In this document: positions 1 to 11,820 of the stretch, piece by piece
How positions within the stretch are numbered: the stretch's first letter is position 1
How the letters are laid out: each line of letters opens with the position of its first letter
Assembly (NCBI RefSeq): GCF_001194135.2
Contig: NC_069002.1
Location: 13,763,580-13,827,579, forward strand
From: Octopus bimaculoides
Taxonomy: Eukaryota
Length of the DNA: 64,000 nt
Reading direction: 5' to 3'
Made by a program: the position numbers and the translations under genes
Notes under the pieces: generated by a model
Database searches by the model: none
The model's input: only the letters and a program-made list of their open reading frames with translations
Told to the model about the DNA's origin: nothing

Positions 1-80
1 TTTACAAATCACTAGTCGAGATTATTTGCCAAAACTTCAAGGGAAAAAAACACTTTCCACGAAAAGCTGCAATGAAATAG
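1..80 (+). CDS. OGG1: 8-oxoguanine DNA glycosylase, internal exon (5'-partial)
   Basis: Frame from base 2 reads LQITSRDYLPKLQGKKTLSTKSCNEI-G, matching the OGG1 'IAxRDY..K..T...E.G' segment. Phase-1 GT donor at 81 joins the 1478 exon. Confidence 0.85.
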   Translation, partial: YKSLVEIICQNFKGKKHFPRKAAMK

Positions 81-780
81 GTTCGTTCATTATTTTACTT
101 GTTCATTGGGGTGATATCTATATTGTGTGTGATAGTGGTGTGTTGTTATAAAGGCTCACATAGAAATTAATGTCATATTATGTTAGAAGATAGTAGTTCA
201 GACATCCACAACACTCACAGTAAACTATACAATTGTATACTGTGTAAATTTGATTAAATCTTTATATGCGGTAGATGTGTGTGTGTGAGAGATAGAGAGA
301 GTGGGGAGAGAGAGAACATGCATAAGTGTCACAAGTATGTTCAAAGAAAAGAGAAAAATATTAAACTGATTAAAGTAAAACAGATGTAAATACATCTTGT
401 TATTCTCTTGATACACAAAAATAAGGAGATTATCCTCACGTGTTTCATGAATGATTGGCTACTTCTTGGAAGATTAAAAGCTCCTCAGAGGATAAAGTAC
501 TCCTCATTCCTCTATCTCTGAAGAGAAGTGAATAACAAATAGTATTTAACTCAAACTACAAATTTGGAAGTAACTGAAATAGAAAAACTAATTTACATAT
601 CATGCAGTTGTCAGTGGTATGATTAATTAATAAACGATTATTTTTCATTTAGCTATTTCAGGTACATCTTAATTTGTAATGTGTTTTTTAAACTATGCAC
701 TGTTGTAATGAAGTAGTATGATGTAATTTGATCTGCAGGTATGCAGTGAATGGTGCATTTTCATTTATGTACACCCTATA

Positions 781-1183
781 GGTGCAGACATGGCTGTATG
801 ATAAGAAGCTTGCTTCCCAACCACATGGTTCCGGGTTCAGTCCCACTGTGTGACACCTTGGGCAAATGTCTTCTACTATAACCTCAGGTCAACCAAAACC
901 TTGTGAGTGGATTTGGTAGATGGAAACTGAAAGAAGACCATCCTGTCTATCTATCTATATATGTATGTATGTGTGTCTTTGTGTCTGTGTTTGCCCCCCT
1001 TCCACCACTTGACAACTGGTGCTGGTGTGTTTACATCCCTGTAACTTAGTGGTTCCACAAAAAGAGACCAATAGAATAAGTACAAGGCTTAAAAAATAAG
1101 TCCTGGAGTTGATTTGTTTGACTAAAACCCTTCAAAACAGTGCCCCAGCATGGCCGCAGTCAAATGACTGAAACAAGTAAAAG
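781..1183 (+). mobile_element. tRNA-derived SINE family A (central microsatellite)
   Basis: Head GGCTGTGTGGTAAG..GGTTCAGTCC, CORE-like CCTTGGGCAAGTGTC, (TA/TG)n middle, GAAACAAGTAAAAGA tail. Confidence 0.85.
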
Positions 1184-1477
1184 ATACTGCATCAATCTCA
1201 TGTAAGGATCTTACTTTTCGTTGTTTCATTCAAACTCTACAGGATGACAAAATGGCAGAAACATTCTATGTTCAAATCCTGCCAAAGTCAGCTTTGTTGT
1301 TAACTTCCAAGCTTGAAAAAATAAAGTACCAGCCAAGCACTGGAGTCACTGGTATTATACTAACCCCTCCCCTCAAAATTACTGGCCTTGGGTCTGAATT
1401 AGAAACCACCAGTCAAACTACAAAATCTGTTCTGATATTTGGACCAAGTTTTCCTCTTATATTTTTTCCTCTTTCAG

Positions 1478-1527
1478 GTGACCATTTTCGAAATATTTGG
1501 GGAGAATATGCTGGATGGGCTCAAGCA
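1478..1527 (+). CDS. OGG1: OGG1 50-nt exon
   Basis: ttcctctttcag acceptor and gtaaga donor; encodes (G)DHFRNIWGEYAGWAQA, the OGG1 signature 'F..lWG.YAGWAQA'. Confidence 0.93.
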
Positions 1528-1699
1528 GTAAGATTTTTATTTTTTTCTGAGTGCCATCTTTTTCCATTGTCTTTTAAAATTCCTCCAGAACCACCTTTGC
1601 CTTCAATTCCTCTTGGTTCATCAAAAAGAAACATCACTGAAATATTGGGGGTTAATTAAACTACCTACACCCTCTGCCACCTCCTAAAAACTGGAACTC

Positions 1700-2018
1700 T
1701 GTTGGTTATGACAATGAGGGTTCCAGCTGATCCGATTAATGGACCGGCCTACTTGTGAAATTAACATGCAAGTGGCTGAACACTCCACAGTTATGTGTAC
1801 TGTTAATATAGATCTTGAGAAGATTCAGTTTGACACAGAGTGTGACAAGGCTGACCCCTTTCAAATACAGGTACGACTCAGTTTTACCATCTGAGAGGAC
1901 TGAAGTAATGTGGAATAAAGTGTCTTACTCAAGGACACAATGTGCTGCTGGGAATTGAACTCATGACCTTACAATCATGAACCGAATACCCTTAGCCACT
2001 GAGCCACGCACCCTCCAC
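1700..2018 (-). mobile_element. tRNA-derived SINE family E (shares its 3' half with family B)
   Basis: Different head and middle (GTGTCCTTGAGTAAGACAC) joined to the B-type 3' segment. Confidence 0.78.
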
Positions 2019-2082
2019 CAATATAAAGACAATCATTATTGTCATCATTGGCTTTGTTGAAACATGATTGCGACATGGTATG

Positions 2083-2296
2083 TATGAGGGGGTGCTGAAA
2101 AGTTCCTGGCTTGAAGAGCATCACGAAAGGCCTGGCTGGAGGCTCAGCCTTCCAAGTTCTTTTACAGGGCTTAGAGAAACTAAAGGACTGTTGTGATAAG
2201 TGAGGGAATATGTTGAACAAAAACATAATTAACTGATCCTCATGTATTTTCTTTTATCCAAAGGCAGGAACTTCTCAGCCCCCCCCTCCCCTCGTA
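2083..2296 (+). mobile_element. Mariner-derived MITE
   Basis: TA-flanked TIRs (TATGAGGGGGTGCTGAAAAGTTCCTGGC); interior retains the mariner C-terminus remnant GLEKLKD...YVE-stop. Partial second end at about 2420-2520. Confidence 0.8.
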
Positions 2297-2907
2297 TATC
2301 TATATCCGTGTGTATGTTTACACTTTCATGAACATATATTGGTGAAAGAATGTAAGTATGTGCTTTTCCCAGTTGCAGACATTCCATTGTTACTTTTCAC
2401 TACCAGAAATATAATAAAGCAGTGAATCTGAGAAGGGAATATGTTAAATAAAATCATAATTAACTGATACTCCTGTATTTTCTTTTACCCAAAGCCAAGA
2501 ACTTTCCAGCACCCACTTGTATGATACATTTATTTATGTCATATAACTGTGCATGGCTCAGTGGTTAGAGTGTTGGGCTCACAATCATGAGATAGTGGGT
2601 TCGATTCCTGAACTAGGAATTGTGTTCTTGAGCAAGGCATTTTATTTCCTGTTGCTCCAGTTCACTCAGGCTGGCAACGGCCACGATCAGTTGGTGCTTT
2701 TTATGTGCCACCGGTGTGGAAGCCAGTCAAGGCGGCACTGGCATCGGCCACATTTGGATGGTGCTTTTTATGTTCCACCGGCATGAGTATCACAACTACA
2801 ATTTCCATTTGGTCTTCATTTTGATGTTGATGTACTTGATTCAATAAGTTTCCTCAAGCACATTTGAGAATATTAACATCAATTATTCTATTTCATAATT
2901 ACCTTAG

Positions 2908-2952
2908 GTCCTGTTTGCATCTGATCTCAGACAATTTAAAGATAAAAATGAG
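2908..2952 (+). CDS. OGG1: OGG1 45-nt exon
   Basis: ccttag acceptor and gtgagt donor, phase 0; encodes VLFASDLRQFKDKNE, continuing WAQA-VLFxxDLR. Confidence 0.88.
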
Positions 2953-3530
2953 GTGAGTAGCAATTACATATCTATGTATCTATGTCTGTCTATATGTAGA
3001 CTATACCATACACACACACACAGAATAATTCAAATTACTCCTCCACCACTACACTCATACTCTTGAAAGATTTAGGAATTAAGCTCTCCTTCACTCCTTT
3101 TTATGACATGAGTTAGCAAAAAAAAGAAATTTAAATATGAATATAGGCTAGAGGCTTGTGACTGTGTGATAAGAAGTTTGCTTCCCAACCACATGGTTGT
3201 GGGTTCAATCCCACTGTGTAGTAACTTGGGTAAGTGTCTCCTACCATAGCCTCAGGCTGAGCAAACTGGCTGGGTTGGGGGCCCCATAACAGGGTTTATG
3301 GTCCTTACGTAACTCATATAACGTAGGAACATCGTTGTTGAATGCTTGGAAATTTTGTGCAGTCCATTTCTTGGGTTGGAGTATGTTGCACCACATTCCC
3401 ATGTGTGAATTGAGAAGTTTTTCCACTCTTTCATGTTCCTATAGTGCACCTCTCATGCTATTGGTGTGTTGTAGCATGGTCTGGACATAATTCTATGGGC
3501 TGTCTATCGACAGTCTGCTAGACTTCTTTA

Positions 3531-4138
3531 GGCGCAGGAGTGGCTGTGTGGTAAGTAGCTTGCTTACCAACCACATGATTCCGGGTTCAGTCCCACTGTG
3601 TGGCACCTTGGGCAAGTGTCTTCTACTATAGCCTCGGGCCGACCAAAGCCTTGTGAGTGGATTTGGTAGACGGAAACTGAAAGAAGCCCGTCGTATATAT
3701 ATGTATATNNNNNNNNNNNNNNNNNNNNNNNNNNNNNNNNNNNNNNNNNNNNNNNNNNNNNNNNNNNNNNNNNNNNNNNNNNNNNNNNNNNNNNNNNNNN
3801 NNNNNNNNNNNNNNNNNNNNNNNNNNNNNNNNNNNNNNNNNNNNNNNNNNNNNNNNNNNNNNNNNNNNNNNNNNNNNNNNNNNNNNNNNNNNNNNNNNNN
3901 NNNNNNNNNNNNNNNNNNNNNNNTATGTATGTGTGTTTGCGTGTCTGTGTTTGTCCCCCCACCATTGCTTGACAACCGATGGTGGTGTGTTTACGTCCCC
4001 GTAACTTAGCAGTTCGGCAAAAGAGACCGATGGAATAAGTACTAGGCTTCCAAAGAATAAGTCCTGGGGTCGATTTGCTCGACTAAAGGCGGTGCTCCAG
4101 CATGGCCGCAGTCAGATGCCTGAAACAAGTAAAAGAGT
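3531..4138 (+). mobile_element. SINE family A spanning an N gap
   Basis: Close to the 15808 and 61033 copies; the gap sits in the central microsatellite. Confidence 0.88.
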
Positions 4139-4389
4139 ATAGGGAGGCACACTAATTCCCTGTTTGTAGGTCTTCGGCACAGGTGAACTGAGTGGTTGGG
4201 TCTCTCCTGCATTATGCCTTTTAGTGTTTTTTTTATACCAGTCTAAGATGTGTCGGAGTCTATTTCTAGCTAAGGAAATCTTTACCTCTGTCTCACTGTC
4301 AGTCTGTGGTGGGATACATACCCTTTCGTTGAGGGTAACTTTGTGGGATAGATCCTTGTCATGTCATATGATTTGTTGTTGGGGTTATA

Positions 4390-4790
4390 GAAGACAACGT
4401 GTAGGGTGATACTGGTGTTACTATCATCGTGGTTGTTGTCTGGCATTGTAGTTGCTGGTGGCAGTACTTGTGTTGTGTTCGTTGTTGTTGTTGTTGTTAT
4501 TGTTGTGGGTGGTGTTGTGAGTGATGTTGTGGTTGGTATTGTTGTCTGTGTGTGGGGTGTTGTGGTTATTATTGTTACTGTCTTTGTTGTTGTTATCATT
4601 GCTAATGTTGTTATGGTTATTATAATTGTTGTTTTGGTTTTGTATGTTTATGTTGTTGTTGTTATAATTGTGTGGGGGATGTTGTGGCTATCATTGTTGT
4701 TATTGTTATTGTCACTATTGTTGTTATTAACATTAACATTGCTATTGCTATTTTTGTTATGGTTTCATATGTTAGCATTGTTCTTGTTGT
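4390..4790. repeat. Imperfect (GTT/GTA)n low-complexity tract
   Basis: Visible trinucleotide periodicity. Confidence 0.9.
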
Positions 4791-4838
4791 ATTGTCCTAG
4801 CCTCCATCTTATTTTTAAGAATGTTTCTTTTTTTTAAG

Positions 4839-4868
4839 GAACCACAAACGAAAAAGAAGAAAACTGAA
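4839..4868 (+). CDS. OGG1: Probable OGG1 terminal coding exon (basic, NLS-like tail)
   Basis: Polypyrimidine tract plus aag acceptor, then EPQTKKKKN-stop in phase 0. Assigned on position and plausibility only. Confidence 0.5.
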
Positions 4869-5079
4869 AAACATAAGAAAACAAAACAGAAATAATACTT
4901 TTATCGAAGATCATGGTATCCTCTAAGCCCCTTCCCTTGAAACTGCTGGCTTAAATCACAAACAATTATTATTCAATCAAGTTTTGGGGTCAACAAAATC
5001 AACTATCCCCACTCTACAACATTTCTGAACCTCTGCCTATGTAAGAAATCATCATTATTATTATCATTATTATTATTAA

Positions 5080-5300
5080 GGTGGGGAGCTGGCAGAATTG
5101 TTAGCATGCCAGGCAACATGCTTAACAGCATTTTACCCATCCTTACGTTCTGAGTTCAAATTCCGCTGAGGTCGACTTTGCCTTTCATCCTTTCAGGGTC
5201 AATAAATAAAGTACCAGTAAAACACTGGGGTCGATGTAATTGACCAGTCCCCTCTCCCAAAATTTCAGGCCTTGTGCCTTTAGTAGTAAGAATTATTATT
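5080..5300 (+). mobile_element. tRNA-derived SINE family D with (ATT)n tail
   Basis: GAGCTGGCAGAAT..GAGTTCAAATTCC head, CCTTTCATCCTTTC body. Other copies at about 23335-23530, 31370-31560, 34545-34710, 36660-36870, 37320-37435, 44830-45020, 47575-47730 and 55020-55215. Confidence 0.82.
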
Positions 5301-5623
5301 ATCATGAGGGTGAAATGTTGGCAGAAACAGTGCGGTATTAAATTTAATACTCAACAGTATTGTGCTGGTTAAATAATGTTATTAGCAAACCAAACCAGAT
5401 AATTTAACTTCATGGTTTTCAGCCCCTGTTCCTCTTTTCCAATCAATATAAGGCTGGATTTGGGGATTTTTCTTCATACCTGTAAAACATCACTATTATT
5501 TTCTTATTACTTTTATATATGTTTATGTATTTTTTTGATAGTTTTGTAATAAAATTTATTTAAAAAATAAAATTATAATTCTTCAATTTGTATTTTTGTT
5601 CATTGTATCTAAGAAGGGTCATT

Positions 5624-5911
5624 TGTTGTTGGCACTCCGTCACGGGTTCCAGTTGATCCAATCAACGGAACAGCCTGCTCGTGAAATTAACGTGCAAGTG
5701 ACTGAGCAATCCACAACAGAAACAGGAAGTAAGAGTGAGAGAAAGTTGTGGTGGAAGCGTACAGCAGGGTTCGCCACCATCCCCTGTCGGAGCCTCGTGG
5801 AGCTTTAGGTGTTTTCACTCAATAAACACTCACAACACCCGGTCTGGGAATCGAAACCGCGATCCTATGATCGCGAGTCCACTGCCCTAACCACTGGGCC
5901 ATTGCGCCTCC
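5624..5911 (-). mobile_element. tRNA-derived SINE family B (internal deletion)
   Basis: A/B-box head GGAGGCGCAATGGCCCAGTGGTTAGG..GTTTCGATTCC; (CAA)n tail; 13-bp TSD AAGAAGGGTCATT. Confidence 0.9.
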
Positions 5912-6446
5912 AAGAAGGGTCATTACACACCAATAAAACCACACTAAGTTCACTTCTTTAATTGGTTAGTTATTTAACCAACCAACTGTTGATTGCTTAA
6001 ATAATCAGTTACTTAAACACTCAATCAGTTGTCCGTCAAACTCCTTTCATTGCTATTCACGACCTCATCAATGACATACCCTCTCTCCTCCAGGTTCAAA
6101 TTTATCTGCCATTTTTTTTCTTACAAGAAGTCTGGTGTTAAAAATGGTAACAGCATGGTTATAAGTTCAAACCTGGCTGTAGTCAGTGTGCTATATTATC
6201 TGAGCAAGCAGATAATTATTTCCTCGTATTTGCTTGATTGACAAAAGTAAAACTGGTTCTCTTTCTATTTCATAATTAAGCAGTTTGTGGATTTATTGAA
6301 CCATTCAGTCGTAAACACAAAACAATTCGTCCAACATAGTATCATGATTATACATGCAAACAAAACTGGATGTTGAGCAGTAATTTACAATTTAGCATTT
6401 TGTTATAAAACCAGCCATTGTTGTCATCATCATCATCACCACCACT

Positions 6447-6831
6447 TGTTGTTGTTGTTCACTCCGTCGCTTACAATGCCAAGGGTTCCAGTTGATCTGA
6501 TCAACGGAACAGCCTGCTCGTGAAATTAACGTGCAAGTGGCTGAGCACTCCACAGACACGTGTACCCTTAACGTAGTTCTTGGGGAGATTCAGTGTGACA
6601 CAGTGTGACAAGGCTGACCCTTTGAATTACAGGCACAACAGGAAATAAGATTGAGAGAAAGTTGTGGTGAAAGAGTACAGCAGGGTTCGTCACCATCCCC
6701 TGCCGGAGCCTCGTAGAGCTTTAGGTGTTTTCACTCAATAAACACTCACAACGCCCGGTCTGGGAATCGAAACTGCGATCCTATGACCGCGAGTCCGCTG
6801 CCCTAACCACTGGGCCATTGTGCCTCCACTC
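6447..6831 (-). mobile_element. SINE family B, full length
   Basis: Head to (CAA)n tail; TSD TCACCACCACT. Confidence 0.9.
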
Positions 6832-7379
6832 TCACCACCACTACTCTTATCATAATGTCATTACATTGCACAATGTGTCATGTCATCTCAAAGCTATCCA
6901 ACCTAACTCTACCTTAATCCACTCTTTCCCTCATCTTCCTCTGCTGTGTCACTCCTTCGTGTCATACTAAACATTTTAATGACTTTGGTCTCAAGCAACT
7001 ACTAGGTTGATAGTGTTTAGCTCCAGCACGGTCTTCATAGCATAGATTTTCGATCAAAGATAGGATGGCCATGCCAACCATGGCATGATGTGATTTGAGA
7101 GAGACGTGGTTACTATTGCTAGCAGATCGAGAGATTATATAGAAGTCCTTTCATTGGCATACAAGCCACTCATTCAGTTTAGATTGCCGTTGTCATAGAG
7201 ATGAGAAACTGAAGATATAAGCACTGACTCTCCTTAAGTGCCAAGTCTGGTTGGCGTCTCTACTGCTGTGCATGTAAATGAGTTTGGGACTGTAGGTCAC
7301 CAATACAGGATTTACCTTAACTGCCATGTCATGTTAATGTTGCTATAGATACGACAACTGAAGATGTAGGTCATCAGTA

Positions 7380-7510
7380 AAGATTTCATGCCTGCCAGTC
7401 CCAGTTTCTGCACTGTTCTACCAGTTCTTGGTATTTGGCAAAGCTTCCTTTATTAGAGGTTAATTCAGTGCTATCAATTCATTGTAGGAGAGTTTGCTAC
7501 CATCAATTCA
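7380..7510 (-). mobile_element. Relic of a restriction-like-endonuclease non-LTR element
   Basis: Broken frames LIAL(E)LT...FAKYQELVEQCRNWDWQA resemble the 'ELT..KY..L.E.C...GW.A' RLE C-terminus. Confidence 0.4.
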
Positions 7511-7562
7511 CCATGAAGAACGTTCACCTGGAGGAAAGGTTACTGAGAAAATATATCCTTAG

Positions 7563-7939
7563 TTGTTGTTGTTGGCACTCCGTCGCTTACGACGTCGAGG
7601 GTTCCAGTTGATCCGATCAACGGAACAGCCTACTCGGGAAATTAATGTGCAAGTGGCTGAGCACTCCACAGACACATGTACCCTTAACGTAGTTCTCGGG
7701 GAGATTCAGCGTGACACAGTGTGACAAGGCTGACCCTTTGAATTACAGGCACAATAGAAACAGGAAGTAAGAGAGAAAGTTGTGGTGAAAGAGTACAGCA
7801 GGGTTCGCCACCATCCCCTGCCGGAGCCTCGTGGAGCTTTAGGTGTTTTCACTCAATAAACACTCACAACGCCTGGTCTGGGAATCGAAACCGCGATCCT
7901 ATGACTGCTAGTCCGCTGCCCTAACCACTGGGCCATTGC
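7563..7939 (-). mobile_element. SINE family B, runs into the N gap
   Basis: Near-identical to the other B copies. Confidence 0.88.
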
Positions 7940-9540
7940 NNNNNNNNNNNNNNNNNNNNNNNNNNNNNNNNNNNNNNNNNNNNNNNNNNNNNNNNNNNNN
8001 NNNNNNNNNNNNNNNNNNNNNNNNNNNNNNNNNNNNNNNNNNNNNNNNNNNNNNNNNNNNNNNNNNNNNNNNNNNNNNNNNNNNNNNNNNNNNNNNNNNN
8101 NNNNNNNNNNNNNNNNNNNNNNNNNNNNNNNNNNNNNNNNNNNNNNNNNNNNNNNNNNNNNNNNNNNNNNNNNNNNNNNNNNNNNNNNNNNNNNNNNNNN
8201 NNNNNNNNNNNNNNNNNNNNNNNNNNNNNNNNNNNNNNNNNNNNNNNNNNNNNNNNNNNNNNNNNNNNNNNNNNNNNNNNNNNNNNNNNNNNNNNNNNNN
8301 NNNNNNNNNNNNNNNNNNNNNNNNNNNNNNNNNNNNNNNNNNNNNNNNNNNNNNNNNNNNNNNNNNNNNNNNNNNNNNNNNNNNNNNNNNNNNNNNNNNN
8401 NNNNNNNNNNNNNNNNNNNNNNNNNNNNNNNNNNNNNNNNNNNNNNNNNNNNNNNNNNNNNNNNNNNNNNNNNNNNNNNNNNNNNNNNNNNNNNNNNNNN
8501 NNNNNNNNNNNNNNNNNNNNNNNNNNNNNNNNNNNNNNNNNNNNNNNNNNNNNNNNNNNNNNNNNNNNNNNNNNNNNNNNNNNNNNNNNNNNNNNNNNNN
8601 NNNNNNNNNNNNNNNNNNNNNNNNNNNNNNNNNNNNNNNNNNNNNNNNNNNNNNNNNNNNNNNNNNNNNNNNNNNNNNNNNNNNNNNNNNNNNNNNNNNN
8701 NNNNNNNNNNNNNNNNNNNNNNNNNNNNNNNNNNNNNNNNNNNNNNNNNNNNNNNNNNNNNNNNNNNNNNNNNCACGTAAAAGCACCCACTACACTCTCG
8801 GAGTGGTTAGCGTTAGGAAGGGCATCCAGCTGTAGAAACTCTGCCAAATCAGATTGGAGCCTGGTGTAGCCATCTGGTTCACCAGTCCTCAGTCAAATCG
8901 TCCAACCCATGCTAGCATGGAAAGCGGACGTTAAACGATGATGATGATGAACTCAAATTAAGACCATCCAATTTTTTTTTTTTTTTGCCAAAAACCATAC
9001 AGCTAAAATTACATTATCCATTACGTTTCTTTTTTTAAAAATACTTTTCAAAGCAATTGAACGAGATTTGAAAGCGATTTTGTTGTTATTTCTAGCGCGT
9101 TTCCCGAAACGGTTGTCATATATACCGTGTCCTTTACTTTCCATTGACTATAAGGTATGATTTGAGGTAGATTGGCTTCTGTTTCTACGGCTACATGGAG
9201 TCCTTCCCCATTCCGTTGTTGGCAGAAACGATAAGTTGTTGACGGTGTGCTTTATATTGCATTGGGTTGTTAAAAGTATTTCTGTTGAATCATCACAACT
9301 CCCCGCCCCGCCCCGTCCCACTAATAACAACAGGAATATTTTATACTTCTGGATATATATTCAACCGTAGTAAGCCTTGTCTTTCAGTAATATACTGGTG
9401 TTCAATCAATTATATTCTGTGACTGCAACAAAATATGTGAAATGGTAAAACTTCGATTAAACAAGGGGGGTAACTCCAATAAGATTATAGAAATTTATTT
9501 ATTTATTTATTTTACATCTGGCCCAAATGTATTGTCTTTA

Positions 9541-10196
9541 TCTTTTATCTTGTTTCAGTCAACTGACTGCAGCCATGCTGGGGCACCGCCTTGGGGTGGT
9601 TTTAGTCGAACAAGTCGACCCCAGGATTTATTCTTTGTAAGTCTAGTACAGTGGTTCCCAAACTTTTTTGACATCCAGGCCACATTCCTAGCGCCCCCAC
9701 CCCAACTGACCATCACAAACATAGACCTCTTTCTGAAGCAAATTCAAAGCAACTGTATTTCACAACTAAAACTTAACCTAATGAACCCATTATTTTGTTG
9801 TTTTTACATGAATCTCCACCCCATATTCACCCCACTTTTCTTCAATGCCCCCTTGGAACTTTCCACCGCCCCCAGTTGGAGCAATACCACCCACTTTGGG
9901 AACCACTGACTTATTCCATCGGTCTCTTTTGCCGAACCACTAGATTATGGAGACATAAACACACCAATACCAGTTGTGAAGTGGTGGTGGGGGGGACAAA
10001 CACAGACACGAAAGACACATACATATACATGACGGGCTTCTTTCAGTTTCCATCTACCAAATCCATTCACAAGACTTTGGTTGGCCCAAGGCTATTATAA
10101 CAGAAGGCACTTGCCCAAGGTGCCACATAATGTGATTGAACCCAGAACCATGTGGTTTGGAAGCAAGATTCTTATCACACAGCCATGCCTGCACTT
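9541..10196 (-). mobile_element. SINE family A carrying a hAT insertion
   Basis: Both halves colinear around 9649-9908. Confidence 0.85.
9649..9908. mobile_element. hAT MITE nested in a SINE
   Basis: 14-bp TIR CAGTGGTTCCCAAA/TTTGGGAACCACTG; interrupts a SINE-A copy right after GTCTAGTA. Confidence 0.85.
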
Positions 10197-10683
10197 ATCA
10201 TATATTAAATAATTAAAATATCCCAGTATATTCCCTTATTTCCATCACTGGTAATGCTTTTGCAAGCAAATAGGGATACAAAAGAGTGTTTGAAGCCACC
10301 AACAATCCGTAAATATATTGGATTTAAGGATTATTTTAAAGAAAAAGGTCTGAGGTCTGCTGAGAACACTTTGTGGATCCATTTGTCGGATCCTGTTGCC
10401 AACACTTGACATTGACAAGCAATGTTTTAAGTGGAGTCTAGTACAAAGCCAGTAATGACTATTTCCTCTCACAGTGAGTGCGTGCACGCGCACACACACA
10501 TTCCTTGCCTCTATTCTTCTAGTTTTATTGCTAAGTGAAGGCAGCAGGAAATGTTAAGGGAAATCTCGATTTATCACATACTCAAGAAACCATTTGCATC
10601 TGCAAAACTACCAGATGCACTTTTTTTCTTCTGTTTTTTTTTGACAGATCAATTCATATTTGTCCCTTCTACACTCTGTCTTC

Positions 10684-10872
10684 GTGGAGGCGCAATGGCC
10701 CAGTGGTTAGGACAGCGGACTCGCAGTTATAGGATCGCGGTTTCGATTCCCAGACCGGGCGTTGTGAGTGTTTATTGAGCGAAAACACCTAAAGCTCCAT
10801 GAGGCTCCAGCAGGGGATGATGGCAAACCCTGCTGTACTCTTTCACCACAACTTTCTCTCACTCTTACTTCC
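10684..10872 (+). mobile_element. SINE family B, 5' half only
   Basis: Intact head; stops after CTTACTTCC. Confidence 0.85.
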
Positions 10873-11069
10873 AAAATTTGAAACCGTCTTTACAAGGTGG
10901 AGGAGAATATGATTCAAATCTGGTAACGAACTTGACAAGGAATGTTTTATTTAGGTGGAAGCAGGCAGTACCTATGGCCCTTTATTTTTAAAGGTTATCT
11001 GAGGCTAGTGGGAAGAAAGGAGGAAGTTATTCTTAAACTGGAGACCTAACCAGAATATGTACAGTACAT

Positions 11070-11266
11070 CAGGCATCTCCAACCACTGGGCCGCATAGAA
11101 TGAATAAATTTTAAAATTTTATTTCTGTTTTATCGACTGCTGTAGTCTGCAGCATTATATATTTATATTATATATGTAATAATTAAATTATATATTATGC
11201 TCTTTATTGAGTTTTGTTATGCACGTGATTCCTTGGTACATGGTACAAAACGGTTGGGTACTGCTG
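11070..11266. mobile_element. Degenerate hAT-like MITE
   Basis: Imperfect TIRs CAGGCATCTCCAACC/GGTTGGGTACTGCTG; no clear TSD. Confidence 0.4.
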
Positions 11267-11322
11267 TAATGGAGTGAACTCAACTTATGTTACCTAAGGA
11301 CTGAATGGTGGTCTGTCTAGAG

Positions 11323-11618
11323 CAGGGGTTTTCAAACTGTGGTCCGCGTACCACAGGGGATCCGCAAGGACAAGACAGGGGGTCCGTGGACAGCAAATAC
11401 TTTTTATGGGCAATTTGATTTTATATATGTTTTTTAATCGAAATCTTTTAATTGACAATAAACCTATTTGTTAAAGACTGTTAAATAAATAAATGTAAAA
11501 TATATGTTATTTTAAGCAAATATTTATGTATAAATTTCATAAGAATTTATAAGGGGGTCCCTAAGGTAAAGCCTGAAATATAAAGGGGTCCGCAAGTCAA
11601 AAAGTTTGAAAACCCCTG
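11323..11618. mobile_element. hAT (Charlie-like) MITE
   Basis: 16-bp TIR CAGGGGTTTTCAAACT/AGTTTGAAAACCCCTG; perfect 8-bp TSD GTCTAGAG at 11315-11322 and 11619-11626. Confidence 0.92.
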
Positions 11619-11626
11619 GTCTAGAG

Positions 11627-11820
11627 CAGTGGGTCTCAACCTTTTTAATATCCAGGCTAAATCCCAAACCTGGATTTTTTTAGGGAGCTGCACCCAAAAA
11701 CAGTAAAACATATGTCAATTAAAGAAAAATCTATTATATTTATAGAGCGAAAACTGTCGAGGGCCACCAGAAAGATGCCTGAGAGTTGTATGTAGCCCTT
11801 GGAGCTGCATATAACCACTG
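11627..11820. mobile_element. Older hAT MITE abutting the previous element
   Basis: Ends CAGTGGGTCTCAAC...ATAACCACTG; flanks GTCTAGAG/GCCTAGAC; diverged tandem copy at about 11870-12065. Confidence 0.6.

Noticed and set aside
1252-1659. 135-aa ORF
   Set aside because: Chance fusion of intron, a SINE-D fragment and the real 50-nt OGG1 exon.
4282-4837. Val-rich and Thr-rich ORFs
   Set aside because: Translations of the (GTT)n low-complexity tract.
7853-8847. About 300-aa ORFs
   Set aside because: Read through an N gap; the same applies to 3493-4009 and 42695-42919.
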